A stretch of 64,000 nucleotides of DNA from Solirubrobacterales bacterium (GTDB lineage Bacteria; Actinomycetota; Thermoleophilia; Solirubrobacterales; 70-9): assembly GCA_020438395.1 (NCBI GenBank), contig JAGQUR010000012.1:10837-74836 (forward strand). Direction: 5' to 3'. Numbering within the stretch: position 1 is the first letter of the stretch; every line of letters begins with the position of its first letter. Positions 36,761 through 45,946 of this stretch are shown here, piece by piece. Made by a program: the position numbers and the translations under genes. The notes beneath the pieces were generated by a model that saw only the letters and a list, made by a program, of their open reading frames with translations, made no database searches and had not been told where the DNA came from.

Positions 36761-37105
36761 TCAATTCCTGAAGACCTGCTGACACGACGGTCCTTCTCTT
36801 ATTCGACTTCCGGGCTGAAACCGTGTAGCCCGCATCGACACAACGGGAAAGCTTGGAACCAGGGACGCCGTCCAAGGTGCCCATCGGCGGCTCCTGCGAC
36901 GCAGGAGCCCGACCATGACGCCACAGGCCTGCATGATCGCCAAGCACACCGAAACCACCGCATGCGCGTTCATGGAATCGTCGTCCATCGCGTGTGCCGA
37001 GGGACCGCTGTGCAAAAGAACGATTGCCATCCCGACCAAGACAATGGCGAGACCCCCTGCTAGCGAGCCTTTGAACGCTTTCAGCAGACGCCGGCAGCTA
37101 ATCAT
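36761..37105 (-). CDS. Small membrane protein (possibly DUF6153-like)
   Basis: A TM segment (GGLAIVLVGMAIVLLH) is followed by a His/Cys-containing segment (HAMDDDSMNAHAVVSVCLAIMQAC). It lies between the M23 and DUF305 genes. The family assignment is from memory only. Confidence 0.35.
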   Translation of the reverse strand: MISCRRLLKAFKGSLAGGLAIVLVGMAIVLLHSGPSAHAMDDDSMNAHAVVSVCLAIMQACGVMVGLLRRRSRRWAPWTASLVPSFPVVSMRATRFQPGSRIREGPSCQQVFRN

Positions 37106-37195
37106 GTCGCCCACGACGATCCCGTGCGAAGACACCCGCTCCGACCTTCAAGCGAGGAAATGGCCTGCGGCGACCACAGATTTGGATGCCTCGGT

Positions 37196-37759
37196 TCAGC
37201 GCGCCCGTCTCCACTTGCGAAGGTACGGAACTGGATTGCTCACATCTCCACCTCGATACCAGCCAGGTCTAGTCCACATCTCGAAATGAAGGTGGCAGGC
37301 GCTCGATCGTCCGGTGGAACCGACCAGACCGATTCGCTGACCAGCCCGCACGGTCTGCCCAGCCCTCAACGATGTCTTGCGAAGCATGTGCATGTAGACG
37401 TAGTCGAACTTGGTCGTAGTGCCACGCACCACGACGTAATTGCCGGCCCCGGACGCCTGGTAGCTCACCCGCGTCACACGTCCGGACTGCGCCGCGACTA
37501 TGGGTCGAGCGCATCGGGCCATGAGGTCCTGTCCTTGATGGCCTCTGCCAGCGCCGATGCCGTCACCCCAAGTGACTGCTCCCCTCACTGGAAAGGTGCC
37601 ATTTGCCGGCGCCGATCCCGCCGGCTCTGGTGACTCTACGGCAAGTCCTCCAGATGAGGACGAGGAGGCTTCTGCTACTCCGATGGTGATGCTGAAGGCT
37701 CCCAAGATCATGGTCGTTGACGTAAGTAGGAACCGCCAGAACGGGGTACTGAATTTCAT
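37196..37759 (-). CDS. M23 family metallopeptidase (small, secreted)
   Basis: A signal peptide, then GHQGQDLMA..., GLVGSTGRSSACHLHFEM are present. Confidence 0.8.
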   Translation of the reverse strand: MKFSTPFWRFLLTSTTMILGAFSITIGVAEASSSSSGGLAVESPEPAGSAPANGTFPVRGAVTWGDGIGAGRGHQGQDLMARCARPIVAAQSGRVTRVSYQASGAGNYVVVRGTTTKFDYVYMHMLRKTSLRAGQTVRAGQRIGLVGSTGRSSACHLHFEMWTRPGWYRGGDVSNPVPYLRKWRRAR

Positions 37760-37924
37760 TTCGTCTCTCTTTCATCTGCCTTCGGGGTTAGCTGACGGGC
37801 TCGCGCTGAAAGAGTTCGCGCTACGCATTCCTGCGATTCGCCCCAGAGGCCTGGGCCTCAGTGGGTTCCCCGATCCGGTTGGACCAGATTCGGCTTGTTT
37901 GCAGATAACAATCTACCGACATTT

Positions 37925-37941
37925 ACGACAGTCTGTAGGAG
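37925..37941. promoter_or_regulatory. ACGACA-GTC-TGTAGGA imperfect dyad (operator candidate, site 6)
   Basis: There is one mismatch in the left arm. The 15 nt ACAGTCTGTAGGAGA are identical to 34429-34443. The site lies ~170 nt upstream of the M23/DUF305 operon and 20 nt from the integrase stop. Confidence 0.4.
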
Positions 37942-37959
37942 ACCCCTTCTTTGGTCGTC

Positions 37960-39582
37960 CTACGGGGCGATCTCGGCAGGCTCTCGACCGGAACTTTCAG
38001 CAACGCCACCAGTTGCGGACCCAAGTTCCCAGACGCCCCTGGAGGTATCGGCCTTGAGCACGCCGTCTCTGATTAGGTTCACCCTGGCTTTAGAGAGCCT
38101 GGTGATCCAGCGGGGCATGCCGCTGGGGAGTCTTTCTCGGTCGAGTGCGCTCATTCGAGAAGCCAGCTCTGTCTGCACCACCCGGATGATCTCTGGCCGC
38201 CGGGCGCAGCCGCCGAGGCCTTGGAGCGCAGTGATTATCGGAGTCTCGTAGTCCTTGGTGTGGAGTTGACGGGGACGCACAGGTGGCTCGCCGGCCGAGG
38301 AGGTCCACTCCCCGTTGACGAGCGCAGCGAGCCTGGCTCGTTCTTCTTTGCTTCTGGCCATTCCGTGTGTGTAGACGCGGAGGGTGAAGGCCGGGTCGGT
38401 GTGTCCGAGTTGCCGCATGACTGAGTGCGGGTCTTCCCCGCAGGCGATCAGGACCGATGCGAAAGTGTGCCTGAGTTTGTGTGCGGTCAGCCCGCGCGGC
38501 AGTGGAACATGGCCTTGGGCTCCGAGTAGCTGGTCTGCTCGCTCGAACACCGGAAGCAGGACGCGGGAGCGGAGGTTGTCCTTGTCGCGGTTTCCTCCGG
38601 TGCCGCTCGGGAAGACGAGGTCATCGGGGTCGCTGCGGTAGGCGCGGGCCTTGTGGGCGGCGAGGGAGTCGCGGAGGACCGGCAGCATGGTGATCTCTCT
38701 GAGACCGGCCTGTGTTTTCGAGCGGCCGATGAAGATCCGGCCGTTGGCCAGGTCTACGTCTCGCCATTGAAGGTTGCAGAGTTCTCCCGCGCGGGGACCA
38801 GCGAGGACGAGCGAGGCGATGGCGGCGTGGCGCTCTCGGCACTGTGACGCGGCGGCGCAATCGAGTTCTCTGGCCGCGTCGAGTAGCGCTTCGATCTGGC
38901 TGGCGGTGTCGAGGTAGACCGGGGGCCGGCGTGGTTCCTTCAAGCGTCGGCGTCTCCCGACTGCGGGATTCTCGGCGATCAGCTTGTACTCGACGGCCAT
39001 CGACAAGATCCATTGGAGATGGTTGATCGTCTTGTTGATTGACCCCGCCGAAAGCGGCCTCATGTCACGGCCGCTCTCTCCCTTCAGGGGTCGCCCTGCC
39101 TTGATCGCGTTGCGTCTGGCCTCGGATTCCTTGACCTTGTGGACCCGGTAGGCGTCGACAGCCTCAACGTCGATCTCGTCGAGCCGCCAATTGGCGAAGA
39201 ACGGCAGCAGGTGGCTGAGCGTCCATTTCTCGTGGCTATAGGTGCCATCGGCGACCTGGCCTTCCCGTGCGGCCACCAATCCCCGGGCGAAGCGACCGAA
39301 TAGCTCGGGACGCTTCGAGTCGGGCGCCGATGATTGCTTGTCGTCTTTTCTGGGTGGAGTCCAGATGCCGCGTCTGACGTCGGCCAGGATGTTCGCAAGC
39401 TCGTCTTCTGCCCGGTCCCTCGTCCAACCGTCGGCTTCGAATCCGAGGGTGAGGTATCGGCGTTTGCCGTACGCGAAGAACCGGATCGCGTAGCCGCGTC
39501 CACGCTTCCAGTTTCGCTCCAGCACTTGTCCTGTGGCACGAGCCACCTCTACCGTCCTTTCTGGCGGCGAGGCAGCGAACAC
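37960..39582 (-). CDS. int: Tyrosine site-specific integrase with C-terminal Mrr_N-like winged-helix extension
   Basis: The catalytic region includes AGPRAGELCNLQWRDV, HKLRHTFAS and GHTDPAFTLRVYTH. About 135 further aa end in PIITALQGLGGCARRPEIIRVVQTEL...LPSGMPRWITRLSKARVNLIRDGVLKADTSRGVWEL. Confidence 0.9.
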   Translation of the reverse strand: MFAASPPERTVEVARATGQVLERNWKRGRGYAIRFFAYGKRRYLTLGFEADGWTRDRAEDELANILADVRRGIWTPPRKDDKQSSAPDSKRPELFGRFARGLVAAREGQVADGTYSHEKWTLSHLLPFFANWRLDEIDVEAVDAYRVHKVKESEARRNAIKAGRPLKGESGRDMRPLSAGSINKTINHLQWILSMAVEYKLIAENPAVGRRRRLKEPRRPPVYLDTASQIEALLDAARELDCAAASQCRERHAAIASLVLAGPRAGELCNLQWRDVDLANGRIFIGRSKTQAGLREITMLPVLRDSLAAHKARAYRSDPDDLVFPSGTGGNRDKDNLRSRVLLPVFERADQLLGAQGHVPLPRGLTAHKLRHTFASVLIACGEDPHSVMRQLGHTDPAFTLRVYTHGMARSKEERARLAALVNGEWTSSAGEPPVRPRQLHTKDYETPIITALQGLGGCARRPEIIRVVQTELASRMSALDRERLPSGMPRWITRLSKARVNLIRDGVLKADTSRGVWELGSATGGVAESSGREPAEIAP

Positions 39583-39723
39583 GCGGGGGGCGTCTGGCGC
39601 TCCTCGACGCCACGTCCGGACGTAGATGCGGTGTGTCCGGACGGTTGCGTTTGGTTGCTTGACGACGTTAGCTCTGCTGCGCCTGGAAAGCCAGTCGAAT
39701 CTGAGGTCGGGCTTGATTCGTGT

Positions 39724-40038
39724 TCATCGGCACCCATCGCACCTGTCCCGGCGACGTGGGGAGCCGAGTCGCTCTCCGACCTCGATGGGATCGAATCGGA
39801 GGCGGGGTCGTGGGCCGCTGCCTAGCCGACGGGCTCCAAGATGCTCGGCATGCTCGTAGACCCACTTTCGGTCGACTCCCCAGCTTTCGGCGATGGTCTT
39901 CGCGCTGACCAACCTCGCTGCCCCTTTCCGTTCGACCGGCTGGAGCAGTTCGGAGAGGCGGCGGGCGAGCATCTCGATCGACTCGGGAGAAAGCGAGACC
40001 TCCGGAGGGTTCTCTGATGGCTGCCAGACCATCGTCAT
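39724..40038 (-). CDS. Excisionase/MerR-like HTH DNA-binding protein
   Basis: LVSAKTIAESWGVDRKWVYEHAEHLGARRLGSGPRPRLRFDP is present. The start overlaps the methyltransferase stop as ATGA. Confidence 0.55.
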   Translation of the reverse strand: MTMVWQPSENPPEVSLSPESIEMLARRLSELLQPVERKGAARLVSAKTIAESWGVDRKWVYEHAEHLGARRLGSGPRPRLRFDPIEVGERLGSPRRRDRCDGCR

Positions 40039-41075
40039 GCCTCCAGGGCACGCTGCGCCTCGGCCTGGCCGGGTTCGGTGACATGCGCGATTCGGGCCTT
40101 GGCGACAGCAGCGAAGCTCGCGTCTTTCTCTATTCCGATGAAGGGTCGTCCTTCTAGAGCGGCAGCGATGCCGGTGGTGCCGGACCCGCAGAACGGATCG
40201 AGCAAGATTCCCTCTTCGGGGCAGGAGAGTCTGACGAGCCAGCGCATCACCTCGACCGGCTTCACGGTCGGGTGATGGTTCCTGACGGGCCTGGGCTCGC
40301 TGCCCGGTCGGCGGCCGGCCCGGGGAAACAGGTTGAGCTTGTGGATGGGCAGCGACTCGCAGCCGGCGTCGCGTTCTCTGCGCGATGCCTTCGAGCAGTA
40401 GAACACCCGATCAAGCGACAGACGGGTTCCGGCTCGACGCTCGAAGCCACCGGCCTCGACCTTCGAGACCGGGCAGTTGGTGCCGCAACGACGAGCACGG
40501 CATTCGGGCCGGTGGGAGAAAAGCACGTTGGCTGGATGGCGACCGTGAACCCGGCAGGAACCTACGTCCAGGGTGCCGACCCCACCCCAGCTGGCGGCCT
40601 CTTCGGCGGTCGTGTCGAGCGGACGCCGAGCCAAGACAATCGGCTCATAGGCCGGTTTGAGTGCGGTGGCCCGGTCGCGTGGGAGTCTTCTCGACTTCGG
40701 CATCCCGCTGGAGTACAGCCACATCAGCACGTCGCGGATCTCGAAGCCCGCGTCCTCGATGCCGGCGACGAGGCGGTGAAATGTTCGAGGCGATCCGAAC
40801 GCGAGGAGATGAGCGCCAGGTCGCATCACCCGGTAGCAGGAGGTGCCCCATCGCTGGCACCAAAGCTCGAATCCTTCGCCGAGGCTCATTTCCCCACCTG
40901 TCCTGGATCTCGCCTGCTGGCGGATTGCCTGGGCATCCCATGTTTCGTCGCCTTGGCGAAAGAGGGCGATTGCGTATGGCGGATCGGTCACCACCGCGTC
41001 GATGCTCTCCGGATTCATGCGATTCATCGCTTCGACGCAGTCGCCGTAGATGACTTTGCTGGTCGGTGGGTTCAT
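40035..41075 (-). CDS. Orphan beta-class DNA methyltransferase (N6-A or N4-C)
   Basis: Motif IV VVTDPPYAI precedes motif I DPFCGSGTTGIAA. No adjacent restriction gene is present. Confidence 0.85.
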   Translation of the reverse strand: MNPPTSKVIYGDCVEAMNRMNPESIDAVVTDPPYAIALFRQGDETWDAQAIRQQARSRTGGEMSLGEGFELWCQRWGTSCYRVMRPGAHLLAFGSPRTFHRLVAGIEDAGFEIRDVLMWLYSSGMPKSRRLPRDRATALKPAYEPIVLARRPLDTTAEEAASWGGVGTLDVGSCRVHGRHPANVLFSHRPECRARRCGTNCPVSKVEAGGFERRAGTRLSLDRVFYCSKASRRERDAGCESLPIHKLNLFPRAGRRPGSEPRPVRNHHPTVKPVEVMRWLVRLSCPEEGILLDPFCGSGTTGIAAALEGRPFIGIEKDASFAAVAKARIAHVTEPGQAEAQRALEA

Positions 41076-41956
41076 CGGTCGGCCTCCTTGGCGGTTTGGC
41101 GTCCGAGCCAGTTGACTGGCTCGCGGTGTCTTGGCCCGTTGAAGATCGGGGCGAACGGTCCCTGCTGGCGCAGGTCAGGACCGAGGCAAAAGAGCACGTC
41201 GACGTTGGGGTTCCGGGTCAGGTCGGGGTCGCTGGCAAGGAGCGTGATAGCGGTTGAGCGTCGGCGTTCGAGCCCTTCTCGTGGTGCCCCGGACAGCACG
41301 CAGATCACGGGCGGAAACGACGGATACAGCGAACGCCAAAGCGGCTCCCCTTGATCATCTTCTGCCCGGAAGAGATGGGCGTACGCGGCAAGCTCGGTGG
41401 TGAGGCGATCTGCCGATAGCGTCGCCCGGTCAACTTCGACGAAGCGTTGCTCGACCAGGACTCCGCTGCCTTCCAGACGGAGATAGGTCATGACCGCGTC
41501 GGCGCGCAGGACACGTCGGCGCCGGCCGCGGTTGTTGTCGAGAGGATGGACTACTTCGTGTCGCCAGGCGAGCGGACCGAACTCGTCTCCGTGCTCGTGC
41601 GCGGCTTCGGCGAACTGGATCATTGAGTCGTTGACGGCCAGGGTGTGCTCCTGGAGTTGGCCGGTGACCTGTTCGGGATCAAGCGTCGGCGGTACTTCCG
41701 AGGCAAGCCCGGAGTCCTTCGCGGCTCTGGCCCCGGTCTGGCTCAGAAACCAAAGGCGGCGGGGAAGGTCACCTGGCGATTGGACTCGTTCGATCAGGCC
41801 GGCCGCCCAAAGGTGAGCGAGCAACTGCTGCGCTCTGCGGGAGGATCGTCCGGGCAGGTGCAGCCGACGGACTTGCTCGGTGGTCAGCACCCGGTGCTGC
41901 CCCAGCGAGGCGAGGATCTCGGCGCTGATTCTCGGCAGACCGGAGCGAGGGCTCAC
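41072..41956 (-). CDS. Replication-relaxation family protein
   Basis: ILASLGQHRVLTTEQVRRLHLPGRSSRRAQQLLAHLWAAGLIERV is typical of the Replic_Relax family N-terminal wHTH (recalled). Confidence 0.6.
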   Translation of the reverse strand: MSPRSGLPRISAEILASLGQHRVLTTEQVRRLHLPGRSSRRAQQLLAHLWAAGLIERVQSPGDLPRRLWFLSQTGARAAKDSGLASEVPPTLDPEQVTGQLQEHTLAVNDSMIQFAEAAHEHGDEFGPLAWRHEVVHPLDNNRGRRRRVLRADAVMTYLRLEGSGVLVEQRFVEVDRATLSADRLTTELAAYAHLFRAEDDQGEPLWRSLYPSFPPVICVLSGAPREGLERRRSTAITLLASDPDLTRNPNVDVLFCLGPDLRQQGPFAPIFNGPRHREPVNWLGRQTAKEADR

Positions 41957-44556
41957 CTACGGTCTCCTTCGACCCTGAGAGGAACGTAGCCAGCAGAGTC
42001 CGCCGGCTCGAGTTCGGCGGTGTCAGCGACCTGACCTGTTTTCCTGACGGCACGCAGCGCGTCGAGGATGCGGTCGTCCAGCGTCTCCAGATGGGCGAGC
42101 GCCTCGGTTGGTGTTCTGGTTTCGACGGCTCCCTGGATTGGCTTCGGGACCCCTGGACCGAACAGATCCTGGATGCTGATGCCGCCGAGAGCGAATGGTT
42201 CACTCGCATTGCCGCGATCAGTGACTTGAGCGATGAACCTGTATCTGGGAAGCCGCGTCAGCGCGGCCGGATCAGGTCGGCCTCCCCACTCCCTGGTGAT
42301 GAGGTTGGCTGCCTTGGAGTTGAGTGCAGTCGCGATCAGGTGCGAGCGGTTCGTGGTGAGCGCCTGCAGCGTCGCGGAGGTGAGGCGTTCCGGGTTCTGG
42401 TTGAGCAGCACCGCCCGGATGCCGTACTTCGCGCTTTGTTCGAGCAACGCGGCGAGGTTGCCCGAGACGGCACCGTCATAGGTTTGGACCTCGTCGAGAA
42501 ACACCCAGAACGGCCGACGCTCAGACGGTGGGACGTTGGCTCTGGTCTTGGCTGCGTGGAGGAGATCGAAGACGATGAGGTTGGCAAGCAGACGGTCCCG
42601 CGTACCGCCGGAGCCTGGACATGCAAGGACGATCTGACCGCGGTCCATCGCTTCCCTGATCCGGTAGCTGCTCCGGCTCGCTCCGAGCAAAGTCGTGACT
42701 GCGGCCGAGGCACGGAGCCGGTCGACCATGTTGGTCAGCGGCGTGATCGCTTCCTCGGCGAGCCGGGGAAATCGATCCATCCAAAAGCGCTGGGCGGCTC
42801 TCGGCATGAACGGCAGCGTTGCCTTCCGCCAAGTGGAGTCCGACAGCAACGTCGGGAGTTGGAAGATTGTCGGGCAAAGCTCGGCGGGCAGCGCCCGGGA
42901 GATCGCAGTGAGCGCCATCGCCGACTGCGCCGTCAGGTTGATCGCCCGGGTCGAGCGCTCCCCCCATTGAAGAGCCGAAGCGAACGCGTCGACCACCGCT
43001 TCGATCCTGCCTTCGGCCTCGCCTGCCTCGGGTCCGCCGAGTTCGAAGATGTTCCAGCCGGGCTGCTGCTCGCTCGCGCCCGGGCCGAGGTCTATCTCAA
43101 CGATCCGGTCGCTCACGTTCGGGTCGGTGAGGTACGGCTTCATTCGCTCGATCGCGTCTTCGTGCGGATCGAGGAATAGACCACCCTGACCGGACCGCAC
43201 GAGGTGGAGGAACTGGCAGATCGCAAGCTCGGTCTTGCCGAACCGGCTCCTTCCCGTCACGTACGTGAAGAAGGTGTCGGCGGTGCGGACGCCGGCAATC
43301 CGCTCCCCTTCTTCTGCCGAGGTTCGTCCGATCGGAATCAGGTCCGGTTCGTCTCCCAGGGCAGGTAGATCTGGGGGCGGCGAGAGCATCGCGCCGGAGC
43401 GAAGAACGTTCTCGTCTGAGAGGTAGATCGTTGGTGGTTTCAGGAAACCCGCGATCTCTCGGGCGGCGACGATGTTGCGCCGGGCGGGCCGGAAGAGGCC
43501 GGTGTTGACGCGCCGGTCGAAGCGCCTGCGACGGCCCGGAAGATCGGAGCCAAGGAACGCTAGACCAGGGATCGGGACACCGGAGGCTCTGAGCCAGTTT
43601 CTGTCGCCGAGAGATTCGAACGCGGCGAGCAGGTTCGTCATAGTTGCGCTCGCACGAACCCGGCTCTCGGCCCGGGTACGGATCAGGATCTGGGCTTCGA
43701 AGATCGCTCCGCCATCTCGGAGCTTGGCATCGAGGCCGCGGCCGAGCCCTCGTCGCTCGGCCAACGTCGCCGGGTCGCTTCGCCTCGGCTTCGAGTTCAA
43801 CCCGAGACGCTCAGAGATCCCCACCTGGTCGATGCCGAGGCGACGCACCTGTCGGGCGAGGTGTCGTGTCAGCCTGGCCCGACGGTGACCGGCCGCGGGA
43901 AGTAGATCGATGTGGACGCTCGCATGCTCGCCGGGCTGAAGACCGGCCATCGCCGCCGCAAATGGTTGGAGCGGATCGGGGTCCAGCTCCAGGCGCGCCA
44001 AGGGCTCCACGCTCGGGCGGGCCAGCACCAACTCGGTCCGCATCGTCACCCCCGTACCGGCCTGCCGCGCGGGCCGCACTTCATCGGCCCGACGAATCTC
44101 GATTCCTTCGTAGGCCCGAAGGGTTGACCGGACCAGGTCCATCTGATCCTCGCGGGATTCGATCAGGTAGACGACCCTTCCCTCCGGGTCAGAGTCGAGG
44201 GTGAACCTGATCGCCGACGCTCTGCGGCACATCCAGCCACGCACGGCACGATCTGATCGCGAGAGTTGAGCAGCAGCCCGGAGAACGGTCTCGATGCTGA
44301 CCTCGAACTCGTCGGCTGGCACCACCGCCACGGCCCGGCGGGAGCCGAGAGCGCGGCGGGTAGATAGGAAGCGTTGTGTAGCCAGCGCCGAGGCGAGACC
44401 GATAGATCCGATAGCGACCGGAGCCAGCGACTTGATGATCGAGAAAGCCTGGTCCGGCTCGACGTTCGAGAGTGCCCGCCACGCGGCAAGGCAGAGAGCA
44501 CCCGCGAGGATGGAGAGCATCAGGGTCGGGTCGGACCGGCGACGATCAGATTTCAT
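41953..44556 (-). CDS. Type IV secretion coupling protein (TraG/TraD/VirD4-like ATPase)
   Basis: Two N-terminal TM helices, Walker A GRSRFGKT and Walker B FWVFLDEVQ are present. The protein is 867 aa. Confidence 0.75.
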   Translation of the reverse strand: MKSDRRRSDPTLMLSILAGALCLAAWRALSNVEPDQAFSIIKSLAPVAIGSIGLASALATQRFLSTRRALGSRRAVAVVPADEFEVSIETVLRAAAQLSRSDRAVRGWMCRRASAIRFTLDSDPEGRVVYLIESREDQMDLVRSTLRAYEGIEIRRADEVRPARQAGTGVTMRTELVLARPSVEPLARLELDPDPLQPFAAAMAGLQPGEHASVHIDLLPAAGHRRARLTRHLARQVRRLGIDQVGISERLGLNSKPRRSDPATLAERRGLGRGLDAKLRDGGAIFEAQILIRTRAESRVRASATMTNLLAAFESLGDRNWLRASGVPIPGLAFLGSDLPGRRRRFDRRVNTGLFRPARRNIVAAREIAGFLKPPTIYLSDENVLRSGAMLSPPPDLPALGDEPDLIPIGRTSAEEGERIAGVRTADTFFTYVTGRSRFGKTELAICQFLHLVRSGQGGLFLDPHEDAIERMKPYLTDPNVSDRIVEIDLGPGASEQQPGWNIFELGGPEAGEAEGRIEAVVDAFASALQWGERSTRAINLTAQSAMALTAISRALPAELCPTIFQLPTLLSDSTWRKATLPFMPRAAQRFWMDRFPRLAEEAITPLTNMVDRLRASAAVTTLLGASRSSYRIREAMDRGQIVLACPGSGGTRDRLLANLIVFDLLHAAKTRANVPPSERRPFWVFLDEVQTYDGAVSGNLAALLEQSAKYGIRAVLLNQNPERLTSATLQALTTNRSHLIATALNSKAANLITREWGGRPDPAALTRLPRYRFIAQVTDRGNASEPFALGGISIQDLFGPGVPKPIQGAVETRTPTEALAHLETLDDRILDALRAVRKTGQVADTAELEPADSAGYVPLRVEGDRR

Positions 44557-44732
44557 GGTCCGACCTCCCGGGGACGGAGAGATGTCGGCAAATCAAAGAT
44601 TCGGGATTCCCCGTCCGGCCGCCATTTCTTGGGGGTTGCGGCTGGTGTGGGTGCGAAGGGACGGGCGAAGGGACAGCCGAAGCGGCAAACGAACCCGAGA
44701 GCGACCCAGTGGACGGTGTTGACGAGGTTCAT
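44553..44732 (-). CDS. Small coupled ORF (59 aa), hypothetical
   Basis: The ATG overlaps the upstream stop (ATGA) and the stop overlaps the T4CP start (ATGA). It is below the ORF-track length cutoff as an independent start. Confidence 0.3.
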   Translation of the reverse strand: MNLVNTVHWVALGFVCRFGCPFARPFAPTPAATPKKWRPDGESRIFDLPTSLRPREVGP

Positions 44733-45946
44733 CGGCGTCCCTTTCCGGCGAGAACCTCGATCCAGGTGGCTGGCCGATACGCGTAGAGGGAGGTGTTCTC
44801 CGGCATGCCCGGCGAGGCTGAGGTCTGCCACGAAATGTGGATGTGCGGGCCGCCCGTGCACGGCACGCAGTGCGCCGGATCGCCGTGCGAGGGATATCCG
44901 TTGTAGCCCGTGAATCTGAAGGGTGGATCGGCGCAGTCGGGCCTGACGCCTGAGGCCGCGCAGCCTGGGTTCCATCCGACCGCGCGGGCCAGACGCATCG
45001 TGTTGGCCCAGTTCCCGTCCTTCGGGGCCGCGTCGATCGCGGCCCCGACGGGATGCTCCCCATCTGGGGTGTGGCCAAGGCCGAAGCAGTCGGTTACTAC
45101 CTGCCCGAATCGGCGGGCCAGGTATATGACGTCGGCGACGATCCGCGAGTCGCAGGACTCCGGCGTGCCGGGTGTTATGTCGGCGGGCAAAGCCTTCAGG
45201 CGTGCCGGTCCCGTGACCCTACGGGCACCACCGAGACCGCCCGAAGTCGCTGGCGCCCCGCAACCACCCGGCACCGATCCCGTCGCTGGAACCGCACCGG
45301 CCGGGTCGGAGGGCTTGGGGCTTCCGGCTCCGTGGAAGCCGTACTGGACGGCGCGGGCCATCACCTCGTCGGCGTAGGAGACGATCCCGTCGTCGCAAGC
45401 ACCGTAGTAGCGGCAAGCAGCCTCACGGTAGGCGGCGAACGAACCTCCGGTCCTCGGCGCCCCCATCACGGGGCGAAGGATCCTCGCGCCGGTAAAGATC
45501 GAGTCGGCGAGACTGGTGATGCTGGCAGTCCCGTCGCCGTCGGCGTCTACGCCGTAGCGTTCCCAGAGGGTGGGCACCGACGGATCGGGGCTGCAGGCGC
45601 TGCCTCGGACCACGGCGATCTGCATCGCGCCGCCGCACCCGGAAGGGTTGATCTCGGCACAGGTTCCGTTGCCGCACTCCTGGTAGCCGATCGCGGCCAG
45701 GAAAGTCCAGTCGACATCGAACCGCTTGGCGGCCGCCCGGTAGAGCCGGAGCTTCCTCGGCGAGATCTCCTGCTTGGCAGTCTTGGTCGGAGCGGCCTGC
45801 GCGGCGCCACCTCCTCCGACGCAGCCGACGTCGGCGCCGAGGACCGCCATGAAAACTCCGGTCAACGCGACCACGGTGAACGCGAGTCCCGCGAGTACGC
45901 CGAGCGCCCACACCGGCCGCGAGCGATGGTTCGACCCGCCGGCCAT
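44729..45946 (-). CDS. Conjugation-associated cell-wall hydrolase (lytic transglycosylase-like N-domain plus Cys/His-rich C-domain)
   Basis: A TM anchor is followed by WTFLAAIGYQECGNG...GAMQ (SLT-like). The C-terminal DGEHPVGAAIDA...GGPHIHISW is peptidase-like (H..D...H). The start at ATG 45946 overlaps the upstream stop by 1 nt. Confidence 0.65.
   Translation of the reverse strand: MAGGSNHRSRPVWALGVLAGLAFTVVALTGVFMAVLGADVGCVGGGGAAQAAPTKTAKQEISPRKLRLYRAAAKRFDVDWTFLAAIGYQECGNGTCAEINPSGCGGAMQIAVVRGSACSPDPSVPTLWERYGVDADGDGTASITSLADSIFTGARILRPVMGAPRTGGSFAAYREAACRYYGACDDGIVSYADEVMARAVQYGFHGAGSPKPSDPAGAVPATGSVPGGCGAPATSGGLGGARRVTGPARLKALPADITPGTPESCDSRIVADVIYLARRFGQVVTDCFGLGHTPDGEHPVGAAIDAAPKDGNWANTMRLARAVGWNPGCAASGVRPDCADPPFRFTGYNGYPSHGDPAHCVPCTGGPHIHISWQTSASPGMPENTSLYAYRPATWIEVLAGKGRR

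Noticed and set aside
37888-37915. Possible second copy of the tRNA remnant (att repeat) next to the integrase: GGTTGGACCAGATTCGGCTTGTTTGCAG versus GCCTGGACCACAAGCCCAGACGGCTGGCTTG.
   Set aside because: Only TGGACCA and GGCTTG are shared. The match is too short and gapped to distinguish from chance without a proper alignment.
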